From positions 120,001-152,000 of the forward strand of contig CP010514.1 of NCBI GenBank assembly GCA_001552015.1: a stretch of 32,000 nucleotides of DNA. The letters are read 5' to 3'. This DNA comes from Candidatus Nanopusillus acidilobi. GTDB lineage: Archaea > Nanobdellota > Nanobdellia > Nanobdellales > Nanobdellaceae. This document shows, in pieces, positions 9,038-18,830 of the stretch. The notes beneath the pieces were generated by a model. The model was not told where the DNA came from. It did not search any database and saw nothing but the letters and a program-made list of their open reading frames with translations. Numbering within the stretch: the stretch's first letter is position 1; each line of letters starts with the position of its first letter. Position numbers and translations under genes: made by a program.

Positions 9038-9733
9038 ATGGAAGAAGAAAAATATAATGGGATTCCAAGAATAGGTAGTAGATTTCCAGAAGTAGAAGTA
9101 CATACAACACACGGAAAAATAAAATTGCCAGATTACTATAAGGGAAAGTGGTTTATATTGTTTAGTCATCCAGCAGATTTTACACCAGTATGTACAACAG
9201 AATTTGTAGAATTTGCAAAAATGTATCCAAAGTTTAAAGAAATAGGTGTAGAATTAATAGGATTGTCAGTAGATCAGGTATATTCTCATATAAAATGGAT
9301 TGAGTGGATAAAGGAAAGGGCAGAAGCAGAAGTTCCATTTCCAATAATTGCAGATGATTTAGGAAAGTTAGCATCTATGTTAGGAATGTTACCAGAAAAT
9401 GGGGGTACAAATACTGTAAGAGCTGTATTTATTGTAGATCCAGAAGGAATTATAAGAGCAATATTATATTATCCACAAGAAGTTGGAAGAAATATTACAG
9501 AAATATATAGATTAGCATATGCATTACAAGTATCAGATAAAGAAAAAGTTGCATTACCTGCAAATTGGTATGCAGATAAATTAGAATGGAAACCTTCTAG
9601 TTTAATAGGAGATAAGGTAATATTACCAGCAGCACATTCAATTGAAAAAATGAAGGAAATAGAAGAAAAAGCTAAGAAAAAAGAAATAGAGATGTTGGAT
9701 TGGTGGTTTGCTTATAAAGAGCTAGAAAAATAG
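9038..9733 (+). CDS. Archaeal Prx6-type peroxiredoxin
   Basis: [62 protein letters not shown]. Strong TATA-like TTTATAAAAA upstream. Confidence 0.95.
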   Translation: MEEEKYNGIPRIGSRFPEVEVHTTHGKIKLPDYYKGKWFILFSHPADFTPVCTTEFVEFAKMYPKFKEIGVELIGLSVDQVYSHIKWIEWIKERAEAEVPFPIIADDLGKLASMLGMLPENGGTNTVRAVFIVDPEGIIRAILYYPQEVGRNITEIYRLAYALQVSDKEKVALPANWYADKLEWKPSSLIGDKVILPAAHSIEKMKEIEEKAKKKEIEMLDWWFAYKELEK

Positions 9734-9735
9734 TC

Positions 9736-10479
9736 TTATTTTTTTGAATATTGTTTATACAATATTATAGAAAATAAATTTCCTATTGGTGTTACAAATT
9801 CTGAAGATATAAAGGAATTTAATAAAGAAAAATATACTGAATTATTATAGTATATTTGAATTATATAAGTTATTATTAATATAGAATCTATAAGAAAACT
9901 AAAAAGCAATATTAATGCAGAATCTTTTATTTTTATATTTCTCCACGATTCATATAAAGAATCATATATTGCTTTTTTCTTGAATACAACAATCATTGGA
10001 GAAAAGAATATTTTATTAAATAATATTATTAAAAGTAAAGAAAAAACAATAAATGATATTATATATATTATCTTAGATAATTGCATATTTATAACAAAAA
10101 AAGGGATTGAAATAAATATAGATATAAATAATGAAATTATAACAGAAATAAATACTGCTGCAACAGTTATTAAATATGTTAATAAGAAGGGAAAATAATT
10201 TTTTATTGATTTTTTTATAGATTTTAATATACTTTTTTCTTCTTCATAATAAAAATATATTGTTAATCTTGTAAATGTGTAAAATATTATAAAAAATATA
10301 ATAGATAAAAATAAATAAATTAGAAGATGTTCTAAATTTCCAAATAATTCATTTTTAGTATAATATAATGGTATTGATGGTATAAATAAAATCAAATATA
10401 TAAAAAAAATATCCTTAAAATTATTAAAATAAAAGGAAAAAGATTCCTTTAATGCTTCTTTATATTTCAATTGAGTCAC
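9736..10479 (-). CDS. Multi-pass membrane protein, unknown function
   Basis: 247 aa with several long hydrophobic segments; YLLLFIP-type transmembrane stretches. No family recognised. Confidence 0.6.
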   Translation of the reverse strand: MTQLKYKEALKESFSFYFNNFKDIFFIYLILFIPSIPLYYTKNELFGNLEHLLIYLFLSIIFFIIFYTFTRLTIYFYYEEEKSILKSIKKSIKNYFPFLLTYLITVAAVFISVIISLFISIFISIPFFVINMQLSKIIYIISFIVFSLLLIILFNKIFFSPMIVVFKKKAIYDSLYESWRNIKIKDSALILLFSFLIDSILIITYIIQIYYNNSVYFSLLNSFISSEFVTPIGNLFSIILYKQYSKK

Positions 10480-11149
10480 CCGGATTTAATATTATTACAT
10501 TTGTATCTTTTGCTTTTTCTTTTAAAACTTCTGGTTTTGTTTCAATATTATAGAATGTATTATAATGCATTGGTATTACATTCTTTGGTTTTAAATATTC
10601 TATTGCAATTAAAGCTTGGTTAATATCCATTGTATAATGTCCTCCAATTGGTAATAAGGCAAGATCAATATTTCCAACAATTCTTGGTATTAATTTCATA
10701 TCTTCAAATACCATAGTATCACCAGCATGATATATTATCCTGTCATCAACTTTTATTACAAAACTACCTGGATTTCCTAGCCATAATATATTATCATTCT
10801 CATCGGTTATACTTGAAGTATGTACTGCAGGGAATAAATATATTTCTATATTGTTATGAACTGTTCTACCACCAAAATTTAATCCAGTTGTTTTTATTCC
10901 AAATTTTTCTAAATATTTAGCTATTTCAAAAACAGAAATTACTTTTATATCAGTATTTTGAGCTAATTCTATTGTATCACCTAAATGATCAAAATGTGCA
11001 TGTGTTACTAATATAATATCTATATCTTCTAAATCTGATTGTTCATATTTTGCCTTTGGATTTTGTTTAATAAATGGATCTATTAATATATTTCCATATG
11101 TACTCTTAATTAAAAAACAGGAATGTCCTATCCATTTTACATATACCAT
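10460..11149 (-). CDS. Metallo-beta-lactamase-fold metal-dependent hydrolase (UPF0173-like)
   Basis: WIGHSCFLIKST, ILVTHAHFDHLGD, VFPAVHTSS, YHAGDTMVFEDM, PIGGHYTMD, VIPMHYNTF. Confidence 0.9.
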   Translation of the reverse strand: MVYVKWIGHSCFLIKSTYGNILIDPFIKQNPKAKYEQSDLEDIDIILVTHAHFDHLGDTIELAQNTDIKVISVFEIAKYLEKFGIKTTGLNFGGRTVHNNIEIYLFPAVHTSSITDENDNILWLGNPGSFVIKVDDRIIYHAGDTMVFEDMKLIPRIVGNIDLALLPIGGHYTMDINQALIAIEYLKPKNVIPMHYNTFYNIETKPEVLKEKAKDTNVIILNPGDSIEI

Positions 11150-11190
11150 AAATAAAATATATTTATTACATTTTAGAATATTTTTATAAT

Positions 11191-12504
11191 ATGTACATAA
11201 TTCCTTATATAATACTAATAATAATATTTGTAGAATTGTTATTGTCTATATATACTTTATTATTTCTATTATCTTATGATAAAGAAGAAATTAATTATGA
11301 GATAAAAGATTATCCAAAGGTATCAATAATTGTACCTGCATATAATGAAGGTAAAAATATAAAAAATACATTGGAAAGATTAATAGATTTAGAATATCCA
11401 AAGGATAAATTAGAAATAATTGTTGTAGATGATGGATCAAAGGATAATACATACGAAATAGCAAAAGAATATGAAGATAAATATAATTTTGTAAAGGTAT
11501 ATAAAAAGGAAAATGGTGGAAAATCTTCTGCATTAAATTATGGAATAAATAGATCTAGTGGAGAAATAATTGTTACATTAGATGCAGATTCTATTCCGGA
11601 AAAGGATTCTTTAATAAAAATGTTAAAATATATGTACTATTATAATGCGGATATTGTTGTTCCAGCAATCCAAACAATTAATACAAAAAAATTTATTGAA
11701 AAATATCAATATATTGATTATGCAATACATAATTTTTCCGGTATTGTTGTTGATACAATGAACTCTGTATTTATAGCATCTGGCCCATTTTCTGTATTTA
11801 AAAGATCAGTATTTGAAAAAATTGGATTATTTGATGAAAAAAATATAAGTGAAGATATGGAAATTGCATTGAGAGCTCAGAAAAATAATTTTAAAATAAA
11901 ATTTTGTCCAGAAACCGTTATAAAAACTGTTCCTCCAGACAATTTTAAATCATTATTAAGACAAAGAGTAAGATGGACACTTGGATTTATTGAAAATTAT
12001 ATAAAATATAGAGATATTGAAAATGAATATTTAAGAGAAGTTGTTTTTGGTATTAATATAATTTTATATATTTTATTACCATTAGCATTTTCAGTAATAT
12101 TATATACATATGGATATCAATTATATAACTTTCTAATATATTTATCTTCTGTAAATTATGATATATTATATTTTATAAAAAATTCTTTTTCTTTTAATAT
12201 TAATACATATATATTTCAATTGTTATCTACATCTCAATTGATTTTAATAATATTTTCAATTATTTTATTAATTGATTTCTTTCTTTTTATTAGTATATAT
12301 AGAAGATATGATAAATCAAAATCATGGTTATCAATAATTTATTATTCAATTATATATCTAATTTTTTCAATATACTTCAATGCAATTTTTATAATTGTAG
12401 CATTATATTATAAAATGTTTGGTAAAAATTTAAGATGGGGTGGAGTTGTATGGAATAATAGTTTAATAAATAAACTGTTAAATAAGAAATATGGACAAGC
12501 CTAA
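11191..12504 (+). CDS. Membrane glycosyltransferase family 2 (processive, BcsA/PgaC-like)
   Basis: VSIIVPAYNEGKNIKNTLE, IIVVDDGSKDNTYE, IIVTLDADSIP, GLFDEKNISEDMEIALR, QRVRWTLGF, plus N- and C-terminal transmembrane segments. Confidence 0.92.
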   Translation: MYIIPYIILIIIFVELLLSIYTLLFLLSYDKEEINYEIKDYPKVSIIVPAYNEGKNIKNTLERLIDLEYPKDKLEIIVVDDGSKDNTYEIAKEYEDKYNFVKVYKKENGGKSSALNYGINRSSGEIIVTLDADSIPEKDSLIKMLKYMYYYNADIVVPAIQTINTKKFIEKYQYIDYAIHNFSGIVVDTMNSVFIASGPFSVFKRSVFEKIGLFDEKNISEDMEIALRAQKNNFKIKFCPETVIKTVPPDNFKSLLRQRVRWTLGFIENYIKYRDIENEYLREVVFGINIILYILLPLAFSVILYTYGYQLYNFLIYLSSVNYDILYFIKNSFSFNINTYIFQLLSTSQLILIIFSIILLIDFFLFISIYRRYDKSKSWLSIIYYSIIYLIFSIYFNAIFIIVALYYKMFGKNLRWGGVVWNNSLINKLLNKKYGQA

Positions 12505-13150
12505 GAACATAATAGCAATAGCAGTAATAATATCCATACTATCATTTTTCTTAGGAATAATTTTGGGTTATTTATTATATCAATATTCATTTCAACAAAG
12601 TATATTACAAATTGATGAAATAAATTCTTTAGTAATTTCAGCTCAATATTTAGCAAGTTCCCAAAGTTTAGAATGCAATAGTAATTATTTATCTTTTTTA
12701 GAATATTTAAAATCCCAGATTGCTCAGATTGGACAGGAATTGACATATTTAGAATCAAACGAAAATATATATTATAATAAAGAAGAAGTAAGATATTTAA
12801 AATCCCAATATTTTAATATGGAATATTTACACTTTTTATTAACTAGAAAATATATAGAAGAATGTAATATAACAAATTTCACATTAATATTATATTTCTA
12901 TAATAATAAATATTGTGGAAGTGCATGTGATCAGGAAGGTAATATCTTAACATATTTATATGTACAAAATCAAAATAGTTTGTATATATATTCTTTTGAT
13001 TCAGGTTATCCAAATTATTTTATAAGTTATTATAATTTAAAGTATAATATTACTACCTGGCCATTTATTATTATATATAGATATAATGAAACATATACTA
13101 TTAGAGGATTTGCAAGTTTGGATGAATTGGAAGGTTATTTAACAAAATAA
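12491..13150 (+). CDS. Membrane-anchored protein with a possible thioredoxin-like outer domain
   Basis: N-terminal signal anchor (IIAIAVIISILSFFLGIILGYLLY). LILYFYNNKYCGSACDQEGNILTYL...WPFIIIYRYNETYTIRGFASLDELEGYL resembles a Trx fold with Cys-x3-Cys and a Pro before a beta strand. Overlaps the GT2 gene by 14 bp. Confidence 0.5.
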   Translation: MDKPKNIIAIAVIISILSFFLGIILGYLLYQYSFQQSILQIDEINSLVISAQYLASSQSLECNSNYLSFLEYLKSQIAQIGQELTYLESNENIYYNKEEVRYLKSQYFNMEYLHFLLTRKYIEECNITNFTLILYFYNNKYCGSACDQEGNILTYLYVQNQNSLYIYSFDSGYPNYFISYYNLKYNITTWPFIIIYRYNETYTIRGFASLDELEGYLTK

Positions 13151-14448
13151 CTATTTACTCTATAAATATATATCTGGCAATTATTTGGATCTATATAAGA
13201 ATATATTAATGATATATTATAATCGTTTGGATTAAATGGAAAAGGTGTTCCACAATTTGGAGAATATATAATAAATTGAGGATAAACTCTTGGAATTAAA
13301 TATGTAGCATTATACATTATATAAACTTGGGAATTTGTATAATATGCAACCATTGGCCAAAAAACATTTGTTAATATTACTTTCGGATTATATTGTTTTA
13401 AGTATTCTGAAGCTCTATATACATAATTTAAATATGTATTTCCAATATTTGTATTATAATTTATTAAAAATGCTATACCATAATATATTGATATAATATT
13501 TAATAATGAAAATAGAAATAAATATGGAAATTGCAATCCCTTTATTTTATTAATAAATATCCTTGTTAATATTAAAAATGGAGGTAATGTCATTAAAATA
13601 TACCTTGCATCTTTTGATTTAACAAAAAATGCGAGAAATATTATTGATAATATTATATATAAATATATAGATCTATTATAGTTTTCAAGTTTCTTTGGGT
13701 TCTGTAATAAAGAAAATAGATATGCAGAAGAGAATATAAATAAATTAGATAAGAATAATGAAAGAGGTTGATAAGATGTATATGTATAGACAATTTCAGC
13801 CTGTTTAATAAAGATAAATATTGGATTATGATATAATATTAAATTATATAAAAAGTATGGGATTGAAAATAGAAAAGAATATAATATTGTTTTTAATTTA
13901 TCCTTATTTTTTAAAAAAATTATTGAAGAAATTAACCATAAACCATATTCATATTTTGTAAGAATTGATAAAACTGAAAATAATGAATATAAAACTAAAT
14001 TTCTTTCTCTATTATCTTTAAAGTATTTTATATAGAAATATATTGAAAAGATTAATAGAGAAGATGCTAAAACATCCGGATAAATTCTAGATGCCCAAAT
14101 TAAAAATAAACCATTTAATGAATAAAATAAAATCAAAATATAGTTTATATATTTATTATCATATTCTTCCAATATTTTATATAAAAATACTGTAGATAAA
14201 GAAAAAACAAAAATTAAAAATAATTTTATAAAAAATATATTGAAATTTGTAATATAAGAAATTGGAATTAATATCCACCATAATAATGGAAATCTATAAT
14301 ATTCAAAATATGGAGTATTTAATAATGCATGTTTTACATTATCTAAATATGAATATTCATCCCAAAATAATATTGGAGGAGATAATAATAAGATAATTAA
14401 TTGAGGTATAAATGATATAAGAAATATGTAAATATAATCTTTTTTCAT
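13135..14448 (-). CDS. GT39/ArnT-like multi-pass membrane glycosyltransferase
   Basis: First loop FWDEYSYLDNVKHAL...FEYYRFPLLWW and many transmembrane segments; LTKYEYGLW; KDARYILMTLPPF is typical of GT-C fold enzymes. Confidence 0.75.
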   Translation of the reverse strand: MKKDYIYIFLISFIPQLIILLLSPPILFWDEYSYLDNVKHALLNTPYFEYYRFPLLWWILIPISYITNFNIFFIKLFLIFVFSLSTVFLYKILEEYDNKYINYILILFYSLNGLFLIWASRIYPDVLASSLLIFSIYFYIKYFKDNRERNLVLYSLFSVLSILTKYEYGLWLISSIIFLKNKDKLKTILYSFLFSIPYFLYNLILYHNPIFIFIKQAEIVYTYTSYQPLSLFLSNLFIFSSAYLFSLLQNPKKLENYNRSIYLYIILSIIFLAFFVKSKDARYILMTLPPFLILTRIFINKIKGLQFPYLFLFSLLNIISIYYGIAFLINYNTNIGNTYLNYVYRASEYLKQYNPKVILTNVFWPMVAYYTNSQVYIMYNATYLIPRVYPQFIIYSPNCGTPFPFNPNDYNISLIYSYIDPNNCQIYIYRVNSYFVK

Positions 14449-14610
14449 GAAAGATTATTATAATAATTCTTTTAAAATTTTTAGATAATAAAATGAATAC
14501 TTTTAATTATTTTAAAACCATGAATCAATGAACCTATATTTGTTTTATGAATTGCCATTAAAAATATGTAATCCTAAATCTTAAAAAAGGGTAAAAGATT
14601 ATTATGAATT

Positions 14611-16479
14611 ATGAAAACATTAATTATAAATTTAGATAATTTAGAATATAAAATTGTTGATATAGATTCTCAAGGTATTATTTCTTTAGGATTAAAAATA
14701 CATAATGAATATGAATCATGGAAAAAAGATGTTTATGATCCTTCAGTTCCCTTTATATTTGGTTTAGGTCCTTTTGTTGGAGGAAAATTATTTGGAGTTC
14801 ATAGAATGGTTGCAGTATTTAAAAGTCCATTAACAAAAACATTGCATTTTTCTTCAATTGGTGGTGTTGGGTTTAAATTTATGGGATCTGGAATTGATGA
14901 AATTGTAATTATTGGATATTCAAAAGAGCCTTCTGTAATTTTTATTTCTCCAAATAATGTAAAGATAGAACCTGTAAATTATGTAAATTCATATAAAAAT
15001 TATAAAGGTGTATACGCATTTTCAAGATATTTATTAGAAAAATATAATGATTTCTTTTCAAATTATAATGCAAGGGCAGTTGTTGTTGGAGAAGGATCTA
15101 TGTATACATATAATGGAAATTTATTTTCATTTGATATAATTAATGGTGAATTTAGAATTGGTTCTGAAGATTTTTCTGGAAGAGGTGGTGCAGGATCTTC
15201 ATTATTTAAAGGTCATAATATTTTAGGTATTGTTTCTGGCGGAAATTATAAATATAGATATGAAAAAGTAAATGATTTTCAATTAATAAATAAAATATTC
15301 TTAGAAAAATTTGGAAAAAGTTATATAGATGTTATTAATGAAAAGACAAAGAAATATAGATATGATCCAGAAACAGGATCTGGTGGAACTTTTGGAGAAA
15401 ATTATATATTATATAAAGAATTTTTACCTTTATTTGGATATAAATCAATATATTATCCAAAAGAATTAAGGAGAAAACATTATGAAAATATTATTGAATT
15501 ATTTTGGAAACCTTTCCAGGAAGAAGTATTTATAAAAAGTAAAACATGGTTTACATGTGGAGATTTATGTAATGTAGCATGTAAAAAGGTATATAAGGGT
15601 AAGAAAGTAGATTACGAACCTTTTCATTCTTTAGGTCCATTTATTGGTAATTATATATTTGAAGAAGCATTAAAATTAGTAGATATAGTAGATCAATATG
15701 GAATGGATGCAATTGAAATTGGATATTTAATTTCATGGTTATTTGATTTAATTGAAAACAAATTATTAGAACCTGGAGAAATTGGATTAAATGAATATCC
15801 AATATTTAATTTTGAGAATTTTGATCCAAAAAATGATTCATATAAAAATTCAAAAATTGCAGAAAAAATTATTGAAGGATTAATTAAGAAAAATAATGAA
15901 ATATTATCTTTAATATCTGAAAAGGGAATAAGAATATCTTCTAAAATATTAAATGAAAAATATAAGGAAAGAATTAAGGATAATAAATTCAATGATTATG
16001 TTGTATATGTATCTTTTGGAAATGATGGATATATAACTCCAAATTTATATTGGAGTCCAGGTATGGTTGCCCCAATGTATGTCTTAGGAAAATATTGGAC
16101 AGATTATTCAAATTCATTTGAAAGACCTGAAATTTTTGCAAGATTTTCATATGGTAGAGCAATAAATGAATCTTTATTAGAAGATTTAGGAATATGTAGA
16201 TTTTATAGGGGAGCTTATGAACCTGTATTAGATATATTATATAAGGAAATTACTGGAAAAGATTTGGATAAAAATTTATATAAGGAAATTGCTGAATATT
16301 CAATAAAAGCAAATGCAGAACCAGTTCTATGGGAAAGTAAAAGAGCAATGGATCTTGTATCTACAATGTGCAGAGAATTAAATTCTAATGATTGGAAATT
16401 TGAAAAATATGAAGATTATGTTGAATGGTGGAAGGAATTTAAAGAAAGTTTAGATAAATATTTAGGATTAAAAAATTAA
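14611..16479 (+). CDS. gor: Glyceraldehyde-3-phosphate:ferredoxin oxidoreductase (GAPOR), tungsten-dependent AOR family
   Basis: WFTCGDLCNVACKKVYKGKKVDYEPFHSLGP with Cys-x3-Cys-x3-Cys (GAPOR-type spacing), later Cys in LGICRFYRGAYE, VYDPSVPFIFGLGPFVGGKLFGVHRMVAVFKSPLT, GSEDFSGRGGAGS. Confidence 0.88.
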   Translation: MKTLIINLDNLEYKIVDIDSQGIISLGLKIHNEYESWKKDVYDPSVPFIFGLGPFVGGKLFGVHRMVAVFKSPLTKTLHFSSIGGVGFKFMGSGIDEIVIIGYSKEPSVIFISPNNVKIEPVNYVNSYKNYKGVYAFSRYLLEKYNDFFSNYNARAVVVGEGSMYTYNGNLFSFDIINGEFRIGSEDFSGRGGAGSSLFKGHNILGIVSGGNYKYRYEKVNDFQLINKIFLEKFGKSYIDVINEKTKKYRYDPETGSGGTFGENYILYKEFLPLFGYKSIYYPKELRRKHYENIIELFWKPFQEEVFIKSKTWFTCGDLCNVACKKVYKGKKVDYEPFHSLGPFIGNYIFEEALKLVDIVDQYGMDAIEIGYLISWLFDLIENKLLEPGEIGLNEYPIFNFENFDPKNDSYKNSKIAEKIIEGLIKKNNEILSLISEKGIRISSKILNEKYKERIKDNKFNDYVVYVSFGNDGYITPNLYWSPGMVAPMYVLGKYWTDYSNSFERPEIFARFSYGRAINESLLEDLGICRFYRGAYEPVLDILYKEITGKDLDKNLYKEIAEYSIKANAEPVLWESKRAMDLVSTMCRELNSNDWKFEKYEDYVEWWKEFKESLDKYLGLKN

Positions 16480-16552
16480 TATTTATTTTCTATTTTATTT
16501 TATTTATTCTGATAACATATTTATATATAACTTTGTGATAAATATAATAATC

Positions 16553-18076
16553 ATGAAAATTGAAAAACCTGAAATACATTATAATGCTTTAGATGTATTA
16601 GCAAATCAAATTGTAGGAATGACTTTGGAATATGGAGAAGTCGATATTGATTTTGTTTGGAATACAATAAAAAGATCTTATATATATAAAGATTTAAAAT
16701 ATGATGAATTTTTAGAAATAATAAATTTCTTAGATTCAATAAAGATTTTAATATATGATAAAGAAAATAAAAAATTAATTAAGACAAGAAAAGGATTATT
16801 TTATTTTTTAGATAATATTTCAATGATACCTGATGAAAAATCATATGATGTATATGATATAACAACTGGTCAAAAAATTGGTATATTACATGAAGAATTT
16901 GTTGCAAAACATGGAAATCCTGGTACAATATTTATATTAAGGGGTTTACCATGGAAGATTGAAAAAGTTGAAAAAAATAAGATTTTAGTTGGATTAGAAA
17001 AAGATTTTGAATCTGCAATACCTTCATGGGAAGGTGAATTATTACCCGTTCCATTAGAAGTTGCACAGGAAGCACAAGAAATAAAAAGAGATTTATTAAA
17101 TTTTGATGAACTAAAAAATCAAGAATTATATTTTTATCCAAATAAGGATAATATTTATATTGAACAATATAGGGATTGGTTTATTATTCATTCTCCATTT
17201 GGAACTAAAATAAATGATGCATTATCAAGATTAATTTCTGAAATATTATCTGAAAAATATGGGATTGTTGTTGGGATAAAGACGGATCCATATAGGATAA
17301 TGTTAAAGGCTGGATATATTACAAAGGAAAATATTAAGGAAGTAATTGAAAATATTGATATAGATAATGTTGAAAATATATTGGAAAAGGCAATAGTTAA
17401 TACAGATCTATTTTTATGGAAATTTTCTCATGTTGCAAAAAGATTCGGAGTAATTAGAAAGGATGCAGATTATTCAAAATCTACTTTAAGAAGAATTTTA
17501 GATCATCTAATTAATACACCAGTATATAAAGAAACATTAAATGAATTATTTATTGAAAAATTGGATTTAAAGAATTTAAAAATGATATTAAAGAAAATAA
17601 AAGAAAGAAAAATAAAGGTAAATATTGTTGATATGGAAAATATATCACCTTTAGCAATTTTAGGATTGGAAGAATATGTATCTGATGTATTAATTTCTGA
17701 TAAATGGAGAGAAGTATTAAAATTGGTAAAAGAAAGAATTGAAAATACAGAATTAATATTTGTTTGTATGGCATGTGGAGCAAAATATAAAATAAAAGTA
17801 AAAGATTATGATGAAAAATTCAAATGCAAAAAATGTGGAGGTCAATATTTTGGTGTTGCAAAAAGTGAAAAAGATTTGGAAGATGAGAAAAAATTAAATA
17901 TAACTGCTGAACTATTAAAAAATTATGGTAAAAAATTTGTATTTATATATGCTGGTAAAGGTATAAGTTATTTATCTGCAAAGTTTTTATTAAAGAAGGA
18001 ATATAAAAATGAGGATGAATTGCTAATGAATATTATTGAATATGAAAAGAAGGGTATAAAGTTTGCAAAAAGATAA
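16553..18076 (+). CDS. C-terminal half of Lhr-type helicase encoded as a separate protein (accessory domains plus zinc ribbon, no RecA domains)
   Basis: The ORF track starts at 16535; the leaderless start MKIEKPEIHY at 16553 fits TATTTATATATAA at about -28. Motifs: NALDVLANQIVGM, GILHEEFVAKHGNPGTIFILRGLPWKIEKVE, IPSWEGELLPVPLEVAQE, FGVIRKDADYSKSTLRRILDHLINTPVYKETLNE, CMACGAKYKIK...CKKCGGQYF. Confidence 0.82.
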   Translation: MKIEKPEIHYNALDVLANQIVGMTLEYGEVDIDFVWNTIKRSYIYKDLKYDEFLEIINFLDSIKILIYDKENKKLIKTRKGLFYFLDNISMIPDEKSYDVYDITTGQKIGILHEEFVAKHGNPGTIFILRGLPWKIEKVEKNKILVGLEKDFESAIPSWEGELLPVPLEVAQEAQEIKRDLLNFDELKNQELYFYPNKDNIYIEQYRDWFIIHSPFGTKINDALSRLISEILSEKYGIVVGIKTDPYRIMLKAGYITKENIKEVIENIDIDNVENILEKAIVNTDLFLWKFSHVAKRFGVIRKDADYSKSTLRRILDHLINTPVYKETLNELFIEKLDLKNLKMILKKIKERKIKVNIVDMENISPLAILGLEEYVSDVLISDKWREVLKLVKERIENTELIFVCMACGAKYKIKVKDYDEKFKCKKCGGQYFGVAKSEKDLEDEKKLNITAELLKNYGKKFVFIYAGKGISYLSAKFLLKKEYKNEDELLMNIIEYEKKGIKFAKR

Positions 18077-18107
18077 TATTTTAAATTTTACTAAAAATTA
18101 AATCTTT

Positions 18108-18800
18108 ATGGGTCTTTTAGAAACATATAAAAAGTCTATTGATTTAATAAAGGATCATATAATAGAGAGTTTAATATTTGGTATATTATTTTATATATTA
18201 TGGAGCTTATTATTTTTATTACCATTATTAGGAGCAGTTATATTTTCATATTTTTATCCAAGATTAGCTAATTGGTATTATACAAAAGTTACTGGAGAAA
18301 ATATTAATCCAGATTATAAAACATCATTTTTATCATTATTAATACCAAATCTATTATTTTCTATTGGTATAACTATAATATTAGCAGTATTAGTTAGTAT
18401 TTTAATACAGCTAGGATCAACTTTTTCAAATATATTGAATATCAATAATCTACAACAATTAATATTATTAGGTTTATCTAATTTCCATACTTTTACATAT
18501 GTTCTTTTAGGAATAATTATTGGTATAATTATAATAATAGTTGGTGGAATAATTTGGTTATTATTATTATATAGTATTTATGGATCTATATTAGGAAAAG
18601 TAAATAAATTATTAATAGATGCTGAGAAGTCTTTAACATTATTTGCATACTGGCTTTTATTTTATATTATTGCAGATATAATATTATTAATAATTGGTAA
18701 AATACCTTTATTGGGAAATATAATTGTAATAATTTTAAATATAATGATTGTATATCCAGCATTAAATCTAATATTACTACTAAAGGCTAAAGAATTATAA
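18108..18800 (+). CDS. DUF4013-like membrane protein, copy 1 of a tandem pair
   Basis: Hydrophobic; TKVTGENINPDYKTSFLSLLIPNLLFSIG is shared with the next ORF. Confidence 0.7.
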   Translation: MGLLETYKKSIDLIKDHIIESLIFGILFYILWSLLFLLPLLGAVIFSYFYPRLANWYYTKVTGENINPDYKTSFLSLLIPNLLFSIGITIILAVLVSILIQLGSTFSNILNINNLQQLILLGLSNFHTFTYVLLGIIIGIIIIIVGGIIWLLLLYSIYGSILGKVNKLLIDAEKSLTLFAYWLLFYIIADIILLIIGKIPLLGNIIVIILNIMIVYPALNLILLLKAKEL

Positions 18801-18830
18801 TTTTTTATATCTTTTTATGATCTACTATTT

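Noticed and set aside
9980-10198. Plus-strand ORF (72 aa) inside the 9736-10479 membrane protein
   Set aside because: Antisense to a coherent multi-transmembrane ORF; no motif.
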